Below are positions 53,898 through 64,000 of a stretch of 64,000 bases of DNA, piece by piece (within the stretch, counting starts at the first letter, position 1; each line of letters begins with the position of its first letter). Made by a program: the position numbers and the translations under genes. Source of the stretch: Octopus sinensis. Taxonomy: Eukaryota. Location of the stretch: positions 32,240,001 through 32,304,000 of the forward strand of contig NC_043015.1 of NCBI RefSeq assembly GCF_006345805.1. The letters are read 5' to 3'. The notes beneath the pieces were generated by a model, which made no database searches, was not told where the DNA came from, and saw only the letters and a program-made list of their open reading frames with translations.

Positions 53898-54214
53898 AAT
53901 ATAGTTCTTTATAGGAACTGTGAATCTCGAAACAAATGAAGCTATAAATAACAGCCTGTAAATATTGGGTTAAAAACCGTTTCGACAGAAAAAGGCGAAG
54001 GCGCTGGCCGTGGAATTCGAACACATAGCTCTTGTAAACATTACAGACGTTCTAACATTGGACCAACGTGACCGTTCAAATTATCCCATGATTTCAGAAA
54101 CTTTATAAATAAATCATAAAATTCGACAATGTGAAATAATTCTTTTTAGGAAAAGTGGATATCAAAGAAAATAAAGCAAGTAACGCTCTGGTTCATGGTA
54201 GAACGCCTTGACAT

Positions 54215-54259
54215 TAATCTAATCTAATCTAATCTAATCTAATCTAATCTAATCTAATC
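54215..54259. repeat. (TAATC)9 pentanucleotide repeat
   Basis: Seen directly. Confidence 0.9.
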
Positions 54260-54561
54260 TAAACTTTTACGTATCGTAATTATGTAATTATAAAATTAAT
54301 TGTGACTATTTCTAATGTAACAGCTGTTGGAAGTAATAAAATTATGATTTATCTTCGAAATTTATGGTTTTCGAGCTTTTATTAAAAACATACATTGGTC
54401 TTCTGAATGCAGATTAGACGTATGAATGCAAGATTTTCCCCATTGGATCTTCTGCAATGTTATAAGGTGTTGGAGAGTTAACTACCGATGATTAATAAAA
54501 GCTTTTAATTACCGTAGAAAGATGTGCTTATAATTTTTATGCACCACCTCTTCACATATGA

Positions 54562-54613
<52 letters not shown>

Positions 54614-54649
54614 CATACACGCACATATATATACAATATGTAATGTATA

Positions 54650-54696
<47 letters not shown>

Positions 54697-54723
54697 TATA
54701 TATATAATATATATTATATATAT

Positions 54724-54866
54724 AACTTAGCGGTTCGGTATAAGAGACTGATAGAATAAGTACCAGGCTTAAAACAATTAACTACTGGGGTCGAACCTTT
54801 TGTCTAAAAATTCTTCAAGGCGGTGCGCAAGTGCAGCCGCACTCTTATGATTCAAACAAGTAAAAA
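54724..54866 (+). mobile_element. Family A SINE 3' fragment
   Basis: aacttagcggttcgg...gatagaataagtaccaggctt...aaacaagtaaaa. Confidence 0.75.
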
Positions 54867-54871
54867 AAATA

Positions 54872-54951
<80 letters not shown>

Positions 54952-54956
54952 GGATA

Positions 54957-55142
54957 GGGAGAGTTTACGAAAAAAACAAAAGACGAAGACAGGTGGTGTA
55001 CAAAACAAACAGATGTATTAGTATAACGCTCAGGAATAGAAAAAGTCTTTTATGTTTCGAGCCTACGCTCTTCTACAGAAAGGGACACAGAAAAAACAAG
55101 GAGAGAAACAAGGAGAGAAAAAAAGGAGAGAAAAAAGGAGAC
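54957..55142 (-). mobile_element. Dispersed repeat D (Penelope pLTR-like) with hammerhead-like fold
   Basis: Homologous copies at 48964-49140, 47684-47810, 24436-24585 and partial 41678-41735. The fold at 55047-55082 is on the minus strand. Confidence 0.7.
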
Positions 55143-55585
55143 AAAAAAATATATATGTACATATACATATATATACGCAGATATTTATACATATCCATGT
55201 ATGTATATGCATAAATGTATATATATGGATATATATAAATACACACACACGCACTTATAAACATATATATATATATATATACGTGTCTGTCGAATATTTC
55301 GTGCGTGCCAGTTTATATGAGGTACAAGACTGTGATTCATAGAAATTCCTCAATATTGTTCCCCAGTTCTCTATTACCATCTTTATCCACAGCACAATAA
55401 TGTTATTAATGGTAGACTGGCAACTGCAGCAACAACACGAACAAAACAAATAGGAGAAAAAGACAAACAACATCAACAACAAGAGCAGCGGCGACATTAA
55501 ACAACAGCAGTAGCAATGATAACAACTGCATTCAGCAGAATGTTCTACGTTTGAGACTATGCTAGTACATGATTAAATATATATA

Positions 55586-55631
<46 letters not shown>

Positions 55632-56062
55632 CACGTATATATACATACATATACGCATGCATTTATATATATATATCTATCTACATACGCATTTACACCT
55701 GTATACATATATGCATATACACATTTATATATATTTTTCCTTGTCTGTACACACGTAGACAAATTACGAGAATTGCGATTTACTTTGAATACAGTTTGAT
55801 ATCGCTAAAGTGCTCTGCCATCAACGTACACAATGTACATACATTTAAGTTATCTTTATGTATGTATATATATATATGTATGTATGTATGTATGTATGCA
55901 TAGAAAGATAATGTATATCTATGCATATATATATATGTATATATATATGCACATATATGTATATACATACGCACACACATAAATGAATATACATATACAT
56001 ACCTACATACTTATACATATGTATGTGTAAATATATATATAAGTATACATACATATACATAG

Positions 56063-56130
<68 letters not shown>

Positions 56131-56173
56131 TATATATACACATATACATATACATACTACATACATACATACA

Positions 56174-56209
<36 letters not shown>

Positions 56210-56594
56210 TGAATATATATATGTATATATATATATATACACAAATATGTCACTGCAATCGTTTCGTTAATTGCTTTGTAATATCGCACAGGCAACATCT
56301 GTAAGAAACTGTAAAACACAACAAAAGAACTTCTCTTCAACTCTAAATAGTGTTGCTGCTGCTGATTGCCAACCCCTGTGGATTTCTTGGATTTTTTACC
56401 TCTTGATTTGTTTTAAATTGTAGAACCGTTAATGTTTTGTGCTTCGTTTGATATATTCCGATCTTAATCCTCTGTAATTTCTCTCCCCCTCCCTTCCTAT
56501 TCCCTTCTCTCTCTGTACACACCTCGCTCACACACATATACCAACACCCAGACACGCACGCACATTGATATAAATGTATGCACGTGTGTGTCAT

Positions 56595-56885
56595 AAAGAA
56601 GATCGTCTCAACGCGACGTATTAGCTTCTGGAAAAAGCTGAAAAAGTTAAGATTCTACTGCCTATAACAAACTCGGATATAATATGCAATGATATCCATC
56701 TGCAAAATCCTGGAAGGATACACATCAAATTTTGGTATGGAAGGTTACAGAAATAGCAGGACGAGGTGTTACAGTATATTGCCAATTATCCCAACATCGC
56801 CACCAAGTTGCAGGACCAGATACTGCAACATCTTGGGTTTTAAGGATCCACAGTTCTACAATAAGCTTCCAAAAACCTGAGAGGT
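56595..56885 (+). pseudogene. CR1-like LINE ORF2 C-terminal fragment
   Basis: SFWK.LKKLRFYCL...ISICKILEGYTSNFG...RTRYCNILGFKDPQFYNKLPK. Confidence 0.65.
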
Positions 56886-56889
56886 TATT

Positions 56890-57150
56890 AAAAAGACATG
56901 CTAGTTCGCCGCCAGGGGGAGCATCAACGAACATGGCACTCTGGTATTTTTGGTTTCATACCAATAGTATGCTTTACTTATCTTCTTGGTTCTTTCTGTG
57001 TCGTTCCAGGATTTACTCTTGTATGGAGGGCAGATTCCATTTGCATAATTCTTTATGATGGCCTTGTACTTAGCTCCGGCACCTTGTGCTTTCCAATTCC
57101 ATTGGGTCGCACAACCTCTATTAAAACATTTACAAATTCTATCCATGTAT
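56890..57150 (-). pseudogene. Possible Penelope-like element ORF fragment (post-RT region)
   Basis: PPYKSKSWNDTERTKK...YYWY, then shifted QSAMFVDAPPGGELA, resembling the LYR...W...WY...FV.ATPG.EL pattern of Penelope-like elements (from memory). Confidence 0.45.
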
Positions 57151-57164
57151 TATTACCATTATTA

Positions 57165-57255
<91 letters not shown>

Positions 57256-58129
57256 ATAATATATAATCTATATATATATATATATAATATATATACATAC
57301 ACGCATAATATATATGTATTTGGGTGGAACAAAATGTCTGAAGTATTTTAATCTTGCAGCCAAGATTGGAGTTTCTTGCGACCAATGGATCATTTACTTT
57401 CTACATTTTTGCTTTCAACGGGTCTTGAGAAATCTGTTGGATCTCAAACGCTAAAACACATTCGAACATGTTATCGTGTTATTGTTTTCACTATGATTAA
57501 TTTTTGCTCAACTCAAATTCGATTAATATTTGTTTCTTTATTTTTTACGACGTCTGTACTTTTCTCAATTTTCCCCGAAATCTTTAGAATTTCTGTTGTT
57601 TTGTTAACCATTTACTTTTCAAGATTTTTAATCTTTCTTTCAGTTAAACTTAATTTTCCCTGTTATATCTTCCTCATATCTCGAATCACTTGTTTTTCCC
57701 CTATTGCTTTGGCCACAGTGCAATAAATCTTATCGATTTTATTATTTATTTTTGGCAACTTGCTAATAACTTTGCGTGCAATCTATTCAATATTTTTACT
57801 TTAGATAAATTTACCTCGAATACTTTCTTATATATCTTTTAAAGAAGGAATCTTGCCCGTAACTACGTCTAACCCTGGATTTTCTAAGTTATATAAGAAC
57901 GCATATTCGTATCGTACAAAAGATTTGGGTAATTTTTAAACGCATGCGCACGCGGCTGTTTAAATTCAGATTGATTTGCGTAAATGCAGATTGGCTTCTA
58001 TATATATCGTTATGGGAGCTCACTAATGTATATATCTATGTATGTAAATATTTGCATGTATTTCTGTTTCTGCGTGCAAATATTTACCTGTATATATGCA
58101 CGTGTGTGAGTGTATACTGATATATTTTC

Positions 58130-58227
<98 letters not shown>

Positions 58228-58464
58228 TTATCTATCCATCCATCCATCCATCCATCCATCCATCCATCCATCCATCCAACCACCCATCCATCCGTCTGTC
58301 TGTCTGTCTGTCTATCCATCCATCCATCTATCTGTCTGTCTGTCTGTCTATCCATCCATCCATCTATCTGTCTGTCTGTCTGTCTATCCATCCAACCACC
58401 CTCCATCCATCCATCCATCCATCCAACCACCCATCCATCCATCCATCCATCCATCCATCCATCC

Positions 58465-58554
<90 letters not shown>

Positions 58555-58580
58555 TTGTCTGTCTGTCTGTTTGTCTGTCT
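58130..58580. repeat. (TCTA)/(TCCA)/(TCTG) compound array
   Basis: Seen directly. Confidence 0.95.
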
Positions 58581-60122
58581 ATAAATTGATATGTATGTAT
58601 ATGTACATATATTTATATGTACAAAAGAAAAAAGGAACACAAATGTGCTATTATTCACTACAGCTGTTTCTGACGCATTGTTTTTTATTACTGAATAATT
58701 CGATAACATCATGAAAAAAAAACCGAAAAATAAAATAAAATAAAAAAAGCGTTTTCTTCAGGTGAACTAAAAATATAAAATTTGTTTCGGAGAAAAAATA
58801 CCATGCTGTGGAATGTGAATTGATCCACTCATTTCGGCAATTTTGCGATACCCTCGCTTGGTGTCCTTAATATTAAACTTTATTGATTCAAATGAATCCT
58901 ACAAATAAATAATATCTACCTATATGTATATATATATATATATTTATGTGTATCTATATATGTATATACATAGTCAACAATATATATATATATATAAATT
59001 ATGCAATTCAAACAATGATAGGCATAAACCAAATCATGAATAAAAAATAAAATATATTTTAAAACATATAACTAGATCACAAAAAGTACCAAAATGAATA
59101 AACAATATATAATAAGTAAAAATACTACGTACGTTTCATGGCTATAATTTAAATAGCGGTTTTTCTCTAATTTATATATATTATATATTTATATTGTGAA
59201 ATTTGATTTAATACTAAACTGAATTTTCCCCTGTAAGTTTGGAGTTATACTCCCTATTATATATATATATATATATGCATGCTTAAAATTGAGGGTAAAT
59301 AGCAAAAGAAATAAAGAAATGAAGAAGAAAAAAGAATGACAAAGAATATGTATGTAGAGGACAATTTTGAGGTCTGCAAAATCTGTCGCGTAACAAACTT
59401 TCGACAGATCCGGAGTCAATGATCAGGCCGCAGATGTGCGACGTTAAATTTTGAGTAGCTTGTACTATTGGAACATAAATGGAAATGCGTTTCTTTCATG
59501 ATGTAATTGCTTTAGTCTCATCACTTGACAAACAATTACTACCCCACTCCACACCCCACCAATGCAGAAAATGATAAAAGGAAAGAAATACTAAATAACT
59601 AAAAGAAAATATAAATAAAATCCAGAAATAGTACAAAAGGAAGAAAATGCTAAACAGGAATAAAGAAATTAGTATTTATATCCCCCCTCCCCCCCGCTCA
59701 TTCCGTTTGAAGCTACAGCTAATTAAGATAATGATGAAAGTAGGAATAATAAAACAATTAATTAAAATGATAGAACTGAAACATAAAAATCTAAGATACT
59801 AAGAAGAGAATCGCTTTAAATCGTAATAGCCAAAAAATCGGTTCTCCGAAATGAACTTCGCTGAAGGGGAAGAAGGGGAAGAAAATAAATAACGAAATAA
59901 TAGTGCGATAAAGAAGTTACGAGAAGGAAAGAATAAAATAAAGAAACGGATAAGTAAATAAATAATGAGAATCCAAGGAAGAATAATTGGTGGATTTTAA
60001 GAAGTGACATCTGATGATTTAGAGTCGAAATAATTTAGTGTCTTATATATTCTATCTGACAAGGTGAAAAAATACCAGCCCTACACGCGTGCATATATGT
60101 ATATATATATATATATATATAA

Positions 60123-60155
<33 letters not shown>

Positions 60156-60213
60156 TCATTCGGATATTAAAGTAATTTTCGTCAACTGACAGAACATACC
60201 TTTTCATTTTTTA

Positions 60214-60252
<39 letters not shown>

Positions 60253-60352
60253 ACCATACATACATATACATATACATGTACATATATATATCTATATATA
60301 TCTATATCTATCTATCTACCTATCTGTATATATATATAATACTTATTAGTAT

Positions 60353-60399
<47 letters not shown>

Positions 60400-61737
60400 T
60401 ATATATTATATATATACATATATACATACGTATTTATGTACATACATACATACATATATTTATATATTCATGTATGTATGTACGTACGTTATATATATAT
60501 TAATATATATATATACTATGTACGTACATACATATACGTATGTGCGTGTGTATGTACACGCTATTTCGTGGAATAAAAACATATTGGGATGTCGATATGA
60601 TAACATTCTTTACACAATGAAGACGATATCTGTGGAGCATTGAAGAAAAGTTCATTATCAACGTACCAATTTTTGAGAATCAAATTATGATCGAATTGAA
60701 CCCGAATTCTCGGAGAAAGAACGGAGCTCCACAATGCACATGTTAATAGAGAATGCCGATATCTGGGATAATAATGCCAGTGTCGTAGCAACCGCAATAT
60801 AAATTCATAAAGAAGCAAAAACTTTTCGACGTAGCTGTTGTCTTGCTAATAATCACTATATTTTATTTCTAATAAAGAACGAAAAGAAAAATACAGATGC
60901 GCTTTCTACTTCAATATTCAGTCCAAATCATTAGCTCAAGAGAAAGTAAGAAAAAGTGAAACGACAAGCTATTTAGTTTCTGATCACAACAGGATAAGAC
61001 CACTATGGCACGAAATATAAAGAGAATTTGAGAAACAACAGCGAAACGTAGCGCTGCACTGCCATAATTATAAACGACATTGTAATAGTCCGGGTCTCTT
61101 ATATTGCAGACGCAGCGACCGAGGGAGTGCGTGTGTATGTCTGGAAATAAAAGCATGCACTACAAACACACACGCACACACATATACATATGTGTGTGTG
61201 AGATAGATGATAATTAGCTCCTTCACAGCAACAAAGAAGCAGCTGATATGTACTGAATTGGTCAGTCTTTATTACTTTATCACTTTACGCTAAGTGCTAA
61301 ATTTTATCCCTTATTTTGTTCTTCATTCTGTTTAGCATCTTCTTCCTTATATTCTGACAATGAAAATAAAATTTTGATTTACACTTTTAACTTGATCTCC
61401 CCACATTCTTGTTGCCTATTTCTTTATATCTGTATTTTAATTATAGTTGTATTTTGTCTGTGACTATATCTGTGTTCAGTTCTGTAAACTGCTGAAATGA
61501 CACATCACTTTGGCTATGTATTCTAACACAGGACAATAATAGAGAGATCTAACGAACAATCACCTGAGGTTGCGCATTTAACACCATGAATGTATTACAC
61601 AACATCTCATCATTGTACTGCGAATGTAAAAATGAGTCGAAACGATTGTAGTGATTTTAAATAAAGAACGTCGTTCATTCTATGATCTATCATCTATCTC
61701 TTTATCTATTTACATGTATCTGTATGTATACGTGTGA

Positions 61738-61945
61738 ACGTGCATGACCTAGTGGTTAGGGAGCTGCACTCACGATCGCTAGATCGAGGTTTCGATTCCT
61801 CGACCGGGTGGTGCATTGTATTCTTGAGCAAAACACTACATTTGATGTTATTGTGCGGGTGGGAGAGCGGCAGAATCGTTGGTACACTGGCAGAAATGCT
61901 TTACAGTATGTCTTCCGGGTCTCTACATTTTGAGTTCAAATCCCA
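61738..61945 (+). mobile_element. Family C head fragment followed by family B head fragment
   Basis: acctagtggttagg...gtttcgattcc...ttcttgagcaaaacact, then gcggcagaatcgttgg...gagttcaaatccc. Confidence 0.7.
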
Positions 61946-62473
61946 CATGCCTCGAGAAGGCAACAGAAAACCACGTAAGTATTTATCCCAAGTCTAGTTA
62001 TGGTAGTCGAAGTTTCAGTATTCTACTTAACGGCGGTAGTGGAGAGCACGGGCCTTCTTAGGTCGTATAGCTCGAAAAAGTTAGGCTACTCCGAGCGAAG
62101 GTCTCTCGTACGGCAATTACTCCACTGTGCAGCTGGGTGGATGTGGTTGTTATCCAAATACTGTTACAAAGATTAAGTAAAAATGGACACCAAACGACAA
62201 TAGAATTGTAATGGAATGCTGTTACAGAAACGAGCGTACCAAAATTGGGTACCGGCAAAGAAAGCATAAAATTTGAACAGAGAAAGACTTGTTCCCCAAC
62301 ACGGAACAAAGACTATCAGACAAAAAAGAAAAAAAGAAAAAGTTCACCTGCAGAAAAGTACCATAATATACTCTGTAAGAATCGTAAGAAATATTCTTGT
62401 GATTTGAGGAAACTTGTTTTCATCATACCTCAAGATAAAATACGTGCTAATTAAATTAGCATGCACTAGCATG

Positions 62474-62521
<48 letters not shown>

Positions 62522-62993
62522 TAATAATAATAATAATAATAATAACGATATGGGAAAGTGGGCGCGTGTGTGTGTTTAGATTTAATATACATATAATTGA
62601 ATAATTCGAACGATTTGAAAAGTTTTGATTAAACAGTACTTCAATTTGAAAAGAGTGTATTCATTGGTGACGAATATTTTTTAAGATTTGAGGTAAAAAA
62701 ATGCTGTTGCATAGTAAAAGTCGAGCAATTTTCGAATATCTATAAATTTGTTTTATTATTCTTTTTAAGAAGATTAATTTAATCATAAAATATGAGAAAA
62801 AAAAATATTGTGTTGAAAAAGATATTTTTTTAGTGAATGATGTCGATGAAACTTGTATTATAATAAATATTTTAAAATTTAAATTGAAATAACTGCATAA
62901 GCTGAATATGTGAGAAGTTATATCAACACTGCTAGGTTATATCCAGACGATTTCATATATAAAAAGAAAAAAACATCGAATTTATATTTAAGT

Positions 62994-63433
62994 TACGAGG
63001 TCTGATCAATAAGTACGAAGACTGTTGCCATAGTAACGAAGCTAAAACACGCAGAGTAAAGCCACTTGGCACAGATTGACTTTAAACACCGCTGTGCATG
63101 CGCACTAAGTTTTAATGTTCTAGCTGGCTTCCACTGTTTACAGCAGTGCTTCGAAGTAACATGTGATTTCCCCTCACAACTTCACGCACATCTGCGATGT
63201 TGTTCTCAGTTCTGTTGGCTGAAGGTTTTCCAGAACGTTCGTCACTATCTTCATTTTTCGGCCATTTTGGAAACGTCTAAACCACTCATACACTTGTGTG
63301 CGGCTCATACACTCCTCTCCATACACTTTCTGCAAACTTACGTAGGTCTCTGAGCAGGTATCGCTATGACATCTTACACATGTTATTTTGAAGCACTGCT
63401 GTAAACAGCGGAAGGGAGCTAGAACAATAAAAC
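62994..63433. mobile_element. Fold-back mariner derivative
   Basis: TA + cgaggtctgatcaataagt TIR. Minus-strand LQKVYGEECMSRTQVYEWFRRFQNG. 58-bp inverted repeat (63109-63166 / 63376-63433). Confidence 0.85.
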
Positions 63434-63531
63434 GTTACACGGATGGTAGTCGAACCAAGAAAGAAAGGTCAGGCTTTTATATATATATATATCTGTGTGT
63501 GTGTGTGTGTGTGTGTGTGAGTGTGTGTGGA

Positions 63532-63775
63532 GGCGCGTGGCTTAGTGGTTAGGGTGTCAGCATCATGATCGTAAGATTGTGGTTTCGATTCCTGGACCGG
63601 GCGACACGTTGTCTTCTTGAGCAAAACGCTTCATTTCACGTCGCTCCAGTCCACTCAGCTGGCAAAAATGAGTAACGCTGCGATGGACTGGCGTCCCGTT
63701 CAGCTGGGGTACACATACGCTATTGAAACCGGGAAACCAGATCCATGAGCCTGGCTAGGCTTTAAAACAGCGCAT
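63532..63775 (+). mobile_element. SINE family C, tail C3
   Basis: ggcgcgtggcttagtggttagg head, C body, then gctgcgatggactggcgtcccgttcag. Confidence 0.8.
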
Positions 63776-64000
63776 TTATATATATATATATACATGCATA
63801 CATATTTGTTAAATGTTGTTAGATGTCATACACAATTAATTCCTAATTTACTGACAATAGAAAATAAACTTCTTGCGGAAATTGTTCGTGTTTGCCAAGG
63901 TAAAGAGACGATAGTTCTAAGAATTGAAATAACATGCTCACAGAAGGAATAGTCTTAGCTTTATCTGCGAGTTTAGGGGCAACTATAGATATGTGTTTCG

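Noticed and set aside
54215-54259. (TTAGA)n as interstitial telomere
   Set aside because: Mollusc telomeres are TTAGGG; nine units of a pentamer is ordinary in this genome.
60561-60818. 85-aa minus-strand ORF in unique sequence
   Set aside because: No recognisable domain and no convincing splice sites.

Overview
AT-rich animal genomic DNA, most likely octopus/coleoid cephalopod (inferred from the SINE types and the extreme microsatellite load). No intact protein-coding gene, rRNA, tRNA or CRISPR array is supportable, and most ORF-track entries are translated microsatellites. The window is a repeat mosaic. It holds one ~4.9 kb Tx1/L1-type LINE (ORF1 CCHC knuckle; ORF2 APE endonuclease, RT and CCHC) and a short 3' copy of it, about 30 tRNA-headed SINE copies in three head families (my labels A, B, C), Penelope-type short repeats with hammerhead-like folds, mariner and hAT fossils, and RTE, CR1 and Penelope ORF fragments. 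There are also a few unverified candidate exons and a TATA/CCAAT/CRE promoter-like cluster. Best lead: both copies of the Tx1-type LINE end against TATC repeats, and its last ~47 nt match the 3' tail of one SINE subfamily (B1), which suggests a microsatellite-targeting Tx1 LINE with a partner SINE. Second lead: multicopy minimal hammerhead-like motifs with a consistent non-canonical core. All identities and translations were done by eye; TE boundaries are approximate (tens of bp).
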